A DNA stretch of 64,000 nucleotides, taken from the NCBI GenBank assembly GCA_051362555.1, contig CM120646.1:18538001-18602000 (forward strand), read 5' to 3'. The translations under genes were made by a program, and so were the position numbers. Below the pieces are notes generated by a model. The model had not been told where the DNA came from, searched no databases, and saw only the letters and a program-made list of their open reading frames with translations. This DNA comes from Lingula anatina. Taxonomy: Eukaryota > Animalia > Brachiopoda. This document shows positions 1 through 13,660 of the stretch, piece by piece (the stretch's first letter is position 1; each line of letters opens with the position of its first letter).

Positions 1-681
1 TGTATGTTATTTCAAGGTATAATCTAACACACACAGAATCATGTTACACCATAAATTGTATGTATGATAGTCATCGACATACTTTATGCTTTCATCTATA
101 AGTTTGCACATGTATTAAACCCCTACGGTAAGTAGATATTTTTATGCCATGGTATGCTCACAATATATAGATTTTGTCTACTTTTAAATAAGGTGTTATC
201 CTGATTAAGAAATTCTACTATGCATTTTCCATATATGTGCCAATGCAGTGGCAAGAATTAAAAGACAAGTGATAAGGACCTGCAAATAAATCCCCACGAC
301 TACTTTAAGTATCATTATGCAGTGCATTTACATGTATGTCGCTTTATGTGTTCAACTTTCAGTGTAAATGCGCTAGTTGTGACATGCACATCCTATAAGA
401 ATGTATTTAATTATGTTTACATTACACCCCATCTTCTAATCCCAATACATATTTCTATTTGTATTATCTCTGACTTCATATATCCTAAAACTAACTTTAT
501 TCACACGTGTCTGTAACATTGACAAGTGTGGCAAATTCTTATAGTGGTGGTTATAAAATGCTAAAATGCTTTGAGGTATATAATACAATACAATGCACTC
601 AATGTACAAATATACACTGTATGTTACGTGGCTATTCTCTTTACCATACACTATGAATCATGATTAAGATATCTTTTTCAG

Positions 682-3600
682 CTTTTCGTGGATGAGGACG
701 CAAAGGTTAGTCGCTGTTGAAGCACGTGATCTCCACGTGGCACTCATGTTTCCCCTGAAATATTCATGTCCTCAGTGTATTCCTGCCACCCGTCGCACCA
801 GTCAACTGTTATATAGTCTTCCTAATACACAACCAAATACGTATATCCAATTGCACTGTTTGTATGCCATGTTTTCCTGCTCGATGATTTATAACCTGAA
901 GATCATATGTAAATCATTTTAACAGCCGGTTCGTAATTATTCACTCACCTTGCAGAAATCTTTTTAGGTCTTTTATCGAGTCGTCTTCTAATACATATAA
1001 TAATATTTCGTGAAGATAAGAGTATCTAACAGTATTTTTTTTTTATCTCTGTGACATTTAAGTTTGGACTCATTCGTTTTTACCTTTCGTCCCTTAAACA
1101 TAAACTAAAACAGGACGTACTTCCAGTACTACTGACCTTGTGGATTATTAATATAGTAACTTTATGTAAATAAAAAAGCAAAACGAACAACTGTATCACA
1201 ATAACCAAATGTATGTTAATCATATTCCAGTAGATCCTGTAGTCATCTAATCACAACCGTGATGTGTGTTGTACTGGATATTCTTAATTCTTATATTTGT
1301 CCTTGTATGTACACATGTCCTCCAATCGGACATGTACACTTCTTGTTTATTTATGTGTTTTAAATTGTTCACAGTGTCACACGAGTGTGAGCACATTTCC
1401 CTAACGAAAAAGTCCTATAGGATCCTATAGGAAATTGGGTCAATTTCTTATAGAATCCTGTAGGATCTTAAAGGATCCTATACACTGTAGGACTTTTTCG
1501 TAAGCGTTCCCATGTATGTCGATGTATTTCGTCATCAGTATTATATTATAATAACAGTAACAATCAAAGCCGTGCTAGCACTACTAGGTTTCCACCAATT
1601 CACAATCTGTAAGTTGCAAACAAATAAAAAGAAGAATAAACCATTCCACAACTTCTTGTAGGACCCGGATTGACTTTATTTTGGTCTTCCCTAAAGTATG
1701 AGAACCGCAACAAACACGAAACCTTACTCTTGATCTTCTTAAAGGTAAAATCAAACTTATTTGTCTCGGGTTATTCAAATCAACGAAGTGGATACGAAAT
1801 ACCAAGGTCATTTTAACACGGACATACATGCCTTATCTGTTTCAGTTCCACAAAGACGAAGATGGGGATGGCGTCGTTGATGCCTTGGATGAGGACGCTG
1901 ATGGTGACGGTATTCCAGACGCCGAGGCCAATAAAGACTCCGACGGCGACGGGATACCAGACGTGTTGGACAAAGACGATGACGGTGACGGGATTCCAGA
2001 CCACCAAGAACAGATTAGAAGACTTGACCGAAAAGCATTAAATGACATTATAAAATCTGGGAAATTGGCTATAGTATATTTTGCACCAAATGCCAATCTT
2101 GTTCCGATGGGAGAAAGTTTATTTGAGGTATATGGAAAGTTGAAAGAGTTAAATGCTCAGTTAGCATTTTTAAAAGTTATTGCCTATAGAAAATTCAATC
2201 ATCTTCTGTAACTTGTATGTATGAACCACATAGCAGAAAAATACCCGAAGAATACAATTAGTTTTTTTATGCTCTGGCAATATAGTTTTTATTCACTTCC
2301 GACTCAGTCATGCAGGTTTAAACTTTTTCTCCTAACTCTGCAAATAAGCCATATCCGCTGCTGGTTTTAAGTCCCAACCTTATGTCTGTTTAGAATTTCT
2401 TTGTTTCGGAGAAAAATGGAAGGAAATGACATTGAACAATGGACCGTAATACGTGGTTCAAAAACATATTTCCAGGAGACCATTCCACTAGTCATGCATG
2501 AACTTGAAGCAGGCATTGTGAACGATAAGAAAGTTACAAATGAGCAAGGTAAGTTGACGCACTGGTATCTCAAGTGTCCTTTTTTAACATGGGGGAATTA
2601 GTAATTTAGATGATCTTGTCAAAGAATGTGTGCTGTGTGCACAGTGATAATCATACAAGGTTTTATTTAGATAAGGGTCAGTAAATGTGTCCTTATGCAA
2701 AGTTCCACTCCCCTTGTTATGTCGAAAAAAGCCAACAGCCTGCGTGTGGCTTCATTTAAAATGATAATACTATACAAGTGTTAAGTGACATAGGGAATAT
2801 AAAAAAGCCAAAATATGTATCTTTGTAAACGAAAAATTACTTTATTAGAAAGAAAATACTTGATTAGATATACAAAGTCAGGGTTTTAGATTTGGACATT
2901 TTTGCGACAAAGAGGTTGACAACTCCGTAATGCCCATGCAGTGTGAACAGTTTCCAAGAGAATGTCCTTTTATGCCTTCATCCACTTCTTCTTCTGCAGG
3001 AGTAGGGAAATGGGGAGCAATTGTTGTGTATTTTGAAGGAGAGAAAATTGTGTACAGAGGGGAGAGATCCGGAGCAAAGATTGCCGAATATCTGAAAGAC
3101 GTAAGTGCATTTGTTATTTTCCTGTCAACTTTTGCAGTTTAAACACGAAGAGACATGCAAAATCATATACATCGTTAAATTTCTTTTTTGTTTCTGTTGC
3201 AAACCTAGAATACTTCTTTTTGTCTTGACACCACAGACATACAGAACTGCTGTTTTATTCAATATTTTCTTTATTTCGGGATTGATAGTTTTTTGAGGAT
3301 GAAGACGGAGACGGAATAGTTGACGCTGTAGAGGAGGTTGGTTACAAACCCAGAGTGATTTCTTATATTTTTGTGACACATGAGTGACACACTGAGTGAT
3401 TTTTCCTTCATTCTGATCTAAAGGTACAAATTCCATTATAAATATGAGAAACGTGTTCACAGCCACACGTGAGTGTTCCTTTGTTTGCCAACCATCTCCA
3501 ACAGTTATGCACTTTATGAAACCCCTCGCACACCAGATCAAGTACCCCTCACAAGATTGACATCTTCATTATGTCCATGCAGTGTGAACAGTTTCCAAGA

Positions 3601-6600
3601 GAATGTCCTTTTCTACACAGTATAATGCCTTCATCATTATCACCTGTGCAACTACGTCTGGAAGGCACAAATGTCCTCTGACCTTCTCTTTTCTTATGAT
3701 CTTCGGTGAATATATTGGAAATTTTATAGGTTCTTGCAGTTGTACCTTAACCTTTCAGCTGTACGCAGAGAGTGTATTCCGACTAGGCGAAGGGAGAGGG
3801 CAAAGAAGCAGAGAAGTTGGTTGCCCTTTTTATTTGATCCGACAATTAACAGAGACATACCAGTAGATAGATATTTGCATATCTTCTCCGCTGCATGTGT
3901 TACAACTGATGAACGGTTACCCATTGATCATGGTCATGCATTTATTTCAGGAAAAAATGCGAAGAAACTGTCATTTAATGGAATCCTTTGTATTATATTA
4001 TGTATATTTTATCCTTTTGTATACTTAATTTACGCATTAGAGACATATTATACCATGTTGACGTTGAATTTGATAGTTCACTTTAAAGTTGCTTTACTTA
4101 ACTTGTAATAAAATCTTCTGCCGTCGTTTTGATATAAAAAAGTATTTTCCTTTTCCCCTAAATTACCGCACACCGTATTGTTTATTTTTCAGTTTACGGA
4201 GGACGAGGACGGAGATGGCATAGTGGACGCATTGGACGACGATGACGACAATGACGGAATCCCAGACTCCGAAGAAAAAGATTCAGACGACGTAAAGTGA
4301 TAAAAACTTGGAGTGACCCCCCTTCTTTCTTCCTTGCTTTAGTTTTTTCTTACCTCAATGCCTTCTTGGCCAGATTATGTGTATGTCGTTAAACGCCGTT
4401 GAGTCAAGTCTTCCATTCGTGCCAAGCTGCCCAACAGTTTTAACATGCTATTCCACTTATTTATGCAACTCAACTCACTGTTTTATATTTGCGGTATGAA
4501 AGAACTTTATGCCATATCGTAGCACGCATTTCTTCCATGAAAAGCCTCGCACCACGTGTTTCTACCTTTTGTCGTACAGTGCTTCTTTCAACGAAGACCC
4601 CCAACCCCACCTGTGACATGAAGAACCACACATCTCTACCATGTTATCCTGTGTACTGTGCCACGTGGACCTGCGCACGCATCCTACTGCACCAAGACAT
4701 GTACCCTGTGGAACCCGCTAACGTGTGTCGTGCCGTGACAAATACTCGTTAGATTTTTTCTTTGGAATTGGATAAAAACAAATGTGAAATGAATATTGGC
4801 TTTTTGACATGGCACCAAGTGTACAAATCGCTTCTCAATTAACTCACGCAGTGACCGTGGCTTTTTATTTGTGATCACATGGAACATGCAGTGGCGAATC
4901 CAAATATATTGAATATTCTTACTGGATGTTGTCTTGTCTTGTTTTCATACACGACATCGGCCATTAATTTTTGCTCGGCGATGTCAACGACCTGCCAATT
5001 AGAGATGAATCAACGAAGGGAGAAATTTATCCTACACTTTATTTCGACATGGTTCCAGAAGGTGAACAAGGGAATTTATTAGAACGCCATTCCAGGATTA
5101 TCTACAAATTATGAGTATATAATGACTGGTAGCATCAACTCTGTTTCTCCGTTTCGCTATTCCTCACTACCTGTATGTTATATGCAACACAACTATACTT
5201 CGTTATTTACCTGATTTATTTATCACCATGTATGCTAGATAAATGTGAGTCGTATTGTGCTGATATTCTACATATTCTATACTAATTTAAATGACGAATA
5301 CTTCATTGGAAACAACTGCATGAACTTCCCATTACTATTCTTTCCTCAGCAAAAATTTTGACTTGACTACGCTTTATTGAATAGCATCATTTTTACAGAA
5401 ACCACAAAAATGGCTTTTGCAACTTAAGCGTTCAATTTTTGATGCCAATGTAAGCTCGTTGCGGTCAATTTTGTGGTTTGAGATAAGCTTTATTTTTGAC
5501 TTATTGAAAATAAATGATGGGTACTTTATAAGAAATAAACATTTTGTAGAATAAATATTTTCCCATTCACGGCCTGATAAAGATGATGTTTACACAGAGA
5601 AGTATCAAATATTAACTGGAGATAAAACACCAAAAAACATTGTTGTAACTTTTAATTGCATCATGATTGGTACTTTCTTTTTTAATTAGTTTAGATAAAA
5701 AGTTATACCATAAGCTTACATGTAAGACTGCATAAGTTACATGTACTTGTTTAATGTTATGAAACTGCTGTTTGCTCATTCTTTAATAATAAACTATGAT
5801 AAAAACATTCAAAGATGACAGAACACGGCTCTTACTTTCATCTGATATCCCTTAACCAAACGAGTTTGTCAGCATATCCGCTACTTGTATCGTATTATTC
5901 TTCCGCCTCGTTACTTCATGTAGATATACAGTTCATCTCTCATGCTCAAGTGTTTTCTTACCCCAAAATTTGATGACAAAAAATGCTCAGAAAAGCAAAT
6001 GACTTAGGCATAAGCCTTATTAAGTACATCAAGAAATAAACAGAGATTGTCAATTTGCCAAAACAGAAAGATTGTTTAACTTAAAACACACGTGGGTTGA
6101 CATATTGTGAAAATGGAAGATTCAAGATTTTTACACTTCAACCAAGTGTCATGTTGCAGTGTCTGATATTCTAGAACCACTCACAGAAAGAAACAGGTTC
6201 AGTAATATTAAACCGCCTTGGCACCTTTCCAGCCTCCCATCCCCTCCCTTTCCCGTCATACTCAACTAACTTGTGATTACCAGTGTGCATGAGATGTTAT
6301 CCCCTCACTTTCTACCACAAGAAATTCAAAACGATCTACACAGAATAACCAACATTCACAGAAACGTAGTTATTCAAACCTAGTTAGTTCTTATGGTCAA
6401 ACTTACCCTTTATACGTCACACTTACACCTTTCGGTTATTAAATCTTCCAAGACAGTTTCGGGAGAAAATTAGAATTAAAATTCATAGAAACCTCGCGTC
6501 TGAGTATTTGATTTTAATGATGTCCACTGCGTTAGACATCACATTTTTTAATGAAAATTCAATTACTTCTAGTACTAAACTAATCTTTGTTACAGGTAAA

Positions 6601-8848
6601 TCCACCAGGAAGACGGCTTCTACAGACCAAAGATACTGACAATGATGGTATTCCGGATCATTTAGATAATGATGACGACGGCGACGGAATTCCTGATAAT
6701 TTGGAAAAAGACACCGATGGCGATGGAATTCCTGACTATTTAGACGATGACGATGATGGAGACGGAATTCCAGATGCACAAGATAAAGATGACGATGGCG
6801 ACGGAATTCCAGATGACCAAGAAGATTCCGATGGCGACGGGATTCCAGATCATTTAGATAATGATGACGACGGCGACGGAATTCCTGATAATTTGGAAAA
6901 AGACACTGATGGCGATGGAATACCTGACTACTTAGACGATGACGATGATGGAGATGGAATTCCCGATGCACAAGATAAAGATGACGATGGCGACGGAATT
7001 CCAGATGACCAAGAAGATTCTGATGGCGATGGAATTCCAGATAGTTTAGATAATGATGACGATGGCGACGGAATTCCTGATAATTTAGAGAAAGACACCG
7101 ATGGCGATGGAATTCCTGACTATTTAGACGACGACGATGATGGAGACGGAATTCCCGATGCACAAGATAAAGATGACGATGGCGACGGAATTCCAGATGA
7201 CCAAGAAGATTCTGATGGCGACGGAATTCCAGATCATTTAGATAATGATGACGACGGGGACGGAATTCCTGATAATTTAGAGAAAGACACCGATGGCGAT
7301 GGAATTCCTGACTATTTAGACGACGACGATGATGGAGACGGAATTCCCGATGCACAAGATAAAGATGACGATGGCGACGGAATTCCAGATGACCAAGAAG
7401 ATTCTGATGGCGACGGAATTCCAGATCATTTAGATAATGATGACGACGGCGACGGAATTCCTGATAATTTGGAAAAAGACACCGATGGCGATGGAATACC
7501 TGACTATTTAGACGATGACGATGACGGAGACGGAATTCCCGATGCACAAGATAAAGATGACGATGGCGACGGAATTCCAGATGACCAAGAAGATTCCGAT
7601 GGCGATGGAATTCCAGATAGTTTAGATAATGATGACGACGGGGACGGAATTCCTGATCATTTGGAAAAAGACACCGATGGGGATGGAATTCCTGACTATT
7701 TAGACGATGACGATGATGGAGACGGAATTCCAGATGCACAAGATAAAGATGACGATGGCGACGGAATTCCAGATGACCAAGAAGATTCTGATGGCGACGG
7801 GATTCCAGATAGTATAGATAATGATGACGACGGGGACGGAATTCCTGATAATTTGGAAAAAGACACCGATGGCGATGGAATTCCTGATTATTTAGACGAC
7901 GACGATGATGGAGACGGAATTCCTGATGCACAAGATAAAGATGACGATGGCGACGGAATTCCAGATGACCAAGAAGATTCCGATGGCGACGGAATTCCAG
8001 ATAGTTTAGATAATGACGACGATGGTGACGGAATTCCTGATCATTTGGAAAAAGACACCGATGGCGATGGAATTCCTGACTATTTAGACGATGACGATGA
8101 TGGAGACGGAATTCCCGATGCACAAGATAAAGATGACGACGGCGACGGAATTCCTGATAATTTGGAAAAAGACACCGATGGTGATGGGATTCCTGACTAT
8201 TTAGACGACGACGATGATGGAGACGGAATTCCCGATTCACAAGATAAAGATGACGATGGTGACGGAATTCCGGATGACCAAGAAGATTCCGATGGTGACG
8301 GGATTCCAGATAGTTTAGATAATGATGATGACGGAGACGGAATTCCCGATAATTTAGAAAAGGATACCGACGGTGATGGAATTCCGGATTATTTGGATCC
8401 TGATGATGACAATGATGGAATTCCAGATGATCGTGATCGAGACGACGACAATGACGGTATTCCAGATGAACAGGAAATCGATACGGATGGCGATGGCATA
8501 CCGGATTACTTGGACGATGATGACGACAACGACGGCATACCAGATGCCCAAGACAATGATGATGACGGCGATGGGATCCCAGATGACAGGGAAAAAGATA
8601 CAGACGGCGACGGAATACCGGATTACCTAGATGATGACGACGACAACGACGGCATTCCAGATTCTGAGGATGATGACGACGACGGTGATGGGATTTTGGA
8701 CGTAGATGAAAAAGACACTGATGGCGACGGCATACCAGATTATTTAGATGACGACGATGATGGTGATGGAATACCAGATTATTTAGACGAAGACCAAAAT
8801 GGTGATGGAATACCAGATTATGAGGAAGTGACTAAAGACGAGTTATGA
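682..8848 (+). CDS. ER-lumenal acidic Ca2+-binding protein, 5'-partial: calsequestrin-like thioredoxin domain plus DxDxDGIPD (TSP type-3-like) repeats, C-terminal KDEL
   Basis: Frame-consistent GT-AG exons: 682-705 (LFVDEDAK), 1846-2127, 2476-2548, 3000-3100 ([34 protein letters not shown]), 3289-3336, 4193-4291 and 6596-8848 (ends EVTKDEL*). About 959 aa lie in the window. No start codon or signal peptide is present, so the gene begins upstream. The 4291-6596 junction is the least certain. Confidence 0.8.
1399..1506. mobile_element. Small palindromic MITE-like element in an intron
   Basis: Inverted termini ctaacgaaaaagtcctatagg ... taggactttttcgtaag, with internal cctatagga/taggatc repeats. 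Confidence 0.6.
6596..8848 (+). CDS. Giant terminal exon (about 750 aa) of Asp-rich DxDxDGIPD repeats ending in KDEL
   Basis: Open frame 6587-8848; acceptor ctaatctttgttacag at 6595; about 57 copies of a 12-13 aa motif; stop TGA at 8846-8848 after KDEL. Confidence 0.92.
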   Translation, partial: VNPPGRRLLQTKDTDNDGIPDHLDNDDDGDGIPDNLEKDTDGDGIPDYLDDDDDGDGIPDAQDKDDDGDGIPDDQEDSDGDGIPDHLDNDDDGDGIPDNLEKDTDGDGIPDYLDDDDDGDGIPDAQDKDDDGDGIPDDQEDSDGDGIPDSLDNDDDGDGIPDNLEKDTDGDGIPDYLDDDDDGDGIPDAQDKDDDGDGIPDDQEDSDGDGIPDHLDNDDDGDGIPDNLEKDTDGDGIPDYLDDDDDGDGIPDAQDKDDDGDGIPDDQEDSDGDGIPDHLDNDDDGDGIPDNLEKDTDGDGIPDYLDDDDDGDGIPDAQDKDDDGDGIPDDQEDSDGDGIPDSLDNDDDGDGIPDHLEKDTDGDGIPDYLDDDDDGDGIPDAQDKDDDGDGIPDDQEDSDGDGIPDSIDNDDDGDGIPDNLEKDTDGDGIPDYLDDDDDGDGIPDAQDKDDDGDGIPDDQEDSDGDGIPDSLDNDDDGDGIPDHLEKDTDGDGIPDYLDDDDDGDGIPDAQDKDDDGDGIPDNLEKDTDGDGIPDYLDDDDDGDGIPDSQDKDDDGDGIPDDQEDSDGDGIPDSLDNDDDGDGIPDNLEKDTDGDGIPDYLDPDDDNDGIPDDRDRDDDNDGIPDEQEIDTDGDGIPDYLDDDDDNDGIPDAQDNDDDGDGIPDDREKDTDGDGIPDYLDDDDDNDGIPDSEDDDDDGDGILDVDEKDTDGDGIPDYLDDDDDGDGIPDYLDEDQNGDGIPDYEEVTKDEL
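6707..8359 (+). repeat. Coding higher-order tandem repeat, 192-nt (64-aa) unit
   Basis: Marker gcacaagataaag recurs every 192 nt (6776, 6968, 7160 ... 8120). The array is 7 full units, one 117-nt truncated unit, then one more full unit. Confidence 0.9.
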
Positions 8849-11287
8849 TGATTTATGTGATCTTCCAAATGTGCTTTTTTATCCAAACATAATCTCTTTT
8901 ACACTTCAAAACCATTTTCAAAGAAGGAAAAACTTGGCGTATCAAAACATCACTCTCCACGGCAGCAGTGCGTTGTTAAGTAGAAATACAAATTTGTGCT
9001 AGAAAATTGGGCGCGATTCCATTTCATGTTTGAAATACATTTATAAAGAGACTTCTGTAAGTCATCGCCTGGAGTAGCTCATGTCCCCTTTTTCAACATA
9101 TATAAGTTCAACATCAATACATTTTGCTGTGCGTCTGTACTGTGTAAAGGTCTGTAATAAATGTGATAACTTTTTATGTGCACGCGTGTAGAACATGTGA
9201 TATCATACATAGTCATAACAGCTCCTCGCCGCCATACGCCATAGGTGCTAGTTCAGTCCTGTGCTTTTTAACAGCGCAAAACGATAGATATTTCTGGATA
9301 CATAAGGTTGTCAGAAACCAATCAACAGAGCCAATTATGTTTATGGGGTCAAGGACATTTAATGACCAGCACGCTAAAAACAATAAGGCTGACAATCAAC
9401 GCAAGACTTTTTCATATAACTGAAGCACCCAAGTGTTAAACGACATTGTTTATCAAACATGGAGTATCATTCATCCCCAGAGTAAAGGAAAGCGGCTAAA
9501 ATTCTGCCACAAGCAGACAGCTGCATCAAAATAATTCTCAACTGTGAATTCCGTTCGCGGCGATGAAAACTACATCATTTCTAAATGACATCTTTGTTGC
9601 TTTTCGTTTGTTGATTTTGCATCATGTCGTTTTTGGTCATACGTGTTGGTCATACCTACCACTTTTACACACAAAAGTGAAAATACATTAAATTTGGAAA
9701 TCCATCATAGAATGTGTTATTACTTATTTCATTTTGGGAGAGGAAGAGCGTGAAAGGGAGGGGTCAAAATAAATTGCATTTTTAAGAAAACAGCATCTAA
9801 TTACAATAATTGACGAAAGTGTAAAAAAAATTCGCTTTACATGGGACATCATATGATTTCTTACCGCATCATGGCAGTTTCAATTGAATTTGAAGAATAT
9901 TAAGTAGAAAATATCAAGTCTATCAGAATATCTTGGGTGGATGTGTTTATCCAGACGTTAAGCAGATATTTCTTCAAAAAAAGTTTTGTAATTTTAATCT
10001 ATTAAAATTACTTCAAAAAAATGCCTGTCTGCTCGTACATATCCATGTACACATGTTGACAGGATTATTGAAAGAAATTGTAAGGCGTAGGCATGTTATA
10101 TTGTTAACAAAGCTCATGGCCGAAATTTTCACATGTATTTTTGTTTCAATTGTTCAGTGTATAAATACGGATTGTCACATATGAAACTTCTTCGCTTAAG
10201 CTATGGAGGGTTCAATATAAACTGGACAGCTGTATGAGACTCTATTTTAGACACCTAGTGCAAAGATTGGCGTATATGGTGTATGACCCTCAGCGCGTGT
10301 GCAGCGTCGCGCGAAAACGAGACGTGTCCGATGACGTAATCACTTACTTTAGTCAAAAGCAAATGTTATAGGAACAATAATTCGCACCGACAGCAGCGGA
10401 AGATCTAGACATCAGATACATGGATTATTACGTAAAAATTTTAAAGGTTCACAAACATGTTTATCAAGCGCGTCAAAGGCGCCCCTGGAATATACTTATG
10501 TAGGGACTTTCAGGTGTGTGTTTGGCCTAAATTTCTTGACATGATCTGATTTAATGCAGCCAAATATATGCTCTTAATTTCTTTAATCTCTTTTTCTTTT
10601 ATATTTTACATTCTTGTCTTTTACATTTACCTGAATTAAGCGTTATTCACAATAATACCATTCATAACCAAACATACATGGTATGCTGAAATATTACAAA
10701 TGCATTTTAGTTCACAACCGTTGCGGCGCTAAACAATACAAGTAATTGCCGAAGATTTTCGTCTTGGGTTCCTTAAATCATAAGCATTTATGACAGAAAA
10801 TGTTAGAAATGAGCATTTCTCATCTGTTATAGATCAGGTACCATTATCTGTCTGTCCGTCTGTTTGTCTGTCTGGTTTGCTCTCTTTAATACAGATTGAA
10901 ATGCCCAACACATTCAATATACTATCGACGATACCGTGAGCCAGCGCCATCATGTTCCATTTTCATCCCGCTTAAATCGCGTGCAAGGAGTCGCAGCAAA
11001 GTGTTAAATACATGGTGACGTTAGAGCATAACAAGTTTATTTCGGGTATTACTAGACGGTCTTTATCTCCTACCAAGCGTTGACAAGAGGCGCATCGTAC
11101 CGTTTACAACAATAAATGATGCTGTCAAAGAACAATAGGTATGTGAGATATGACAAGCAGCAAATGGGAACTGAGGTAATGTGATCTCCGCAGTCATTGG
11201 TCGTACAAAGGTCACGGGTTAAGCTAGCAGTGAATTTCACTTATACGGCATGGACGAGGCAGACGATTCCTTTAAATTGTCCATCCA

Positions 11288-11325
11288 TATAAAAGGTGTT
11301 ATTCAAAAGCTTGTTTTGCACAGTC
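11288..11325 (+). promoter_or_regulatory. Candidate TATA box and initiator for the His-rich gene
   Basis: TATAAAAG at 11288, an Inr-like CAGT about 34 nt downstream, and the ATG about 400 nt further on (11706). Confidence 0.3.
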
Positions 11326-11705
11326 ATGTCCGGGTACATAAAAGTTTAAGATTTTTTCTGGGTTCTACGATATTAAATCTCATTCGACCCCTTCCTTCCT
11401 TCTCACCCTCCCTTCACATACGCACAGACGCTCTCTACGTAAGGCCTATGCCACCTATTTCTTTTCACTGGTCAGTGAACCCGACAAAGTCCGGAACCCT
11501 ACAATTTTCCTAATAATATGCTGTTACAGTTTTACGTGGACACTGTGTTCAACAGCGCAAATTTAACAACAACACCAGTCCCTGCTGAGACGCAGCGGGG
11601 TAAAGGGTGTGCCGGAAGTTGTCCTCCTCTGCAAAACACAAAATCATTACCTGACTTGGCACCAGCCAGGAATAAACAAAAAAATTATTTTTAAACTTAA
11701 AAAAA

Positions 11706-13610
11706 ATGAGCAAACCAGTGATTTGTTTGGTACATTTGATCGTCAGCTGCATGTTAATCTCGGCGGCATACAGTAACATTGCAGACAAGGTCGTTAAGAC
11801 GGATCACAATGGCTTGAAGAAGCTGATTGACAGCGGCGAACTTTCAGTAGTTTATTTCCCACCATACTGCGGAGAAAAACTATTCCAGGTAAGAATCTGT
11901 TTAGTGTTCAGTGTTTTTTTTTAACCGACATGGTAACACAGCGTGTATTGATAATCACAGCTGATTTAAACAGACGAGGCATTTTTGTCCGTTAAAAGTT
12001 CCCCAATGCCTTTTTTATAGATAAGACTCTGGTTTCGGTCTTACATAGCAATCATTAGCCATGGACTCAATAATGCTACAGATATCTTACAAATGATAGC
12101 TTGTTATATTATATATAGTTGGGCGTGGGCAGAGAAGTAGGCGTTGATAAGGGCGATTTTTTCATCGGAAATGAACCATTTCGTGAAAGTGGACATTCTA
12201 GTTTCTTCCAGAGCAGACATTACTATATGGCTGAAAGGCTTACATTGTAAAGGTATCTAACATTCTTTTGTCTGATTGAATTAACTACGCACAAAAATAG
12301 AAGGTAAAGAAAGAGAGCATATTGGGGACCACACATCCTGACGGATCTAAGCCGTAACGTTAGGGATGGATCTTTTTAACCCCCCCCCCCCCCTCCGCTT
12401 CAGAATTTTAACGGTAGAATTTGTTGCACTTTGTGGCACATGGGTTCTTGTGCGAGGATTCCCTCTCTTGGCTTGGTTTTGGAGGTTTGTTCACCATCGG
12501 AAAACGGTGGACCCCCACACGTCCTCCTGTAACCCCACTGTACTTCTGTCTGCTTCGACTCGTTTCGTATGGCAAATTCACTCACAAGCCGGACAAGCAA
12601 GTGTAGCACTGGCTTATTGAGTTATTGCCATTTCTCCAAGCTATTTTCGAAGTTGTGAATTCATAAAAATATTGAAATGAGGAGCAGGGCATCTACCATG
12701 CTAAACGAAACGCTCATTTGAAATGTACTGTCTCATTTTATTCTCCCAGTGAGACATAGACTATCTCTGTTTCAAAATTCTAGGTCTCTTATTTTCCAAA
12801 AATTGTAACTCAGTGTTTTGGCAGAAGAGAGCAGGGTTTTACTAATTTCACCGTGTGTGTTTTTAAAACATAGACTGTATTGTCCTCACCTTCCTATGCT
12901 CCAATGCCTGGGATCAAACCAAAGTCCAATGAGCGCATTTTACTCGGTCACACGCGATAGAGCGTGATCACGGCAACACGTCAGGGATGAACACGTCACA
13001 AAGACATAGTGCCCTGTTACACAAGTCCATATTCACCACATACTGGTTCTTACTTCAAATTTCGAAAGGAATATTGCGCAGTATGTCACTTGGGGATCAA
13101 CTGGCAGAAGCGAGGCACATCTTTATTGTCACATTCAAGAAGTATACCGTAGCGTAAATAACCAGCCGGCGGACTCTCTTTATACCCGTTAATTGGGTGT
13201 GACGTCTCCAACAGGTAGAAATGACCGTCTCTTCCCCCCCCCCCCCTCTTCTCAAGCTCTGGCTTAAAATAGAATTGGACACATACAGCTCCTCGCTTTA
13301 AAACGATACATTCAAAATATCATAAAACGTAAGTGACTTTATCTCCAGATTCATCAAAATGGATATTAAGCATAATTTGTTCAAGCTTATTTAGTGATGA
13401 TTTCCAACCTGTGCAGAGGGTGTGTCGCGTTTATAGATATAAATCATGTTCTAACATTATTGGTTTGATGCTTTTATCTCAGATTGCAGTGATTTAAGCG
13501 TACCCTAAAGGTGTTTTCTGAATTTTTTCAGGAAACGCTTCCAATATTAACAGAACACATAAATGCGGCAATAGTGGACGACGTCAGCATCGCTCAGAAA
13601 CAGGGTAACC

Positions 13611-13660
<50 letters not shown>

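Noticed and set aside
2934-3635. Duplicated 38-bp intronic stretch (ccatgcagtgtgaacagtttccaagagaatgtcctttt) at 2934 and 3575
   Set aside because: Real but short; no duplicated exon follows the second copy, so no function can be argued.
3759-3815. Possible extra exon ([19 protein letters not shown]) in gene 1
   Set aside because: It has AG/GT ends and keeps phase, but shows no similarity to the neighbouring modules or the paralogue.
6483-8240. 585-aa Arg/His-rich minus-strand ORF
   Set aside because: Antisense shadow of the GAY-rich coding repeat; the plus frame has the splice acceptor, coherent motifs and KDEL.
6707-8359. Regular repeat array resembling a CRISPR array or satellite
   Set aside because: No unique spacers; the units are in-frame coding repeats with mainly synonymous variation in a eukaryotic gene.
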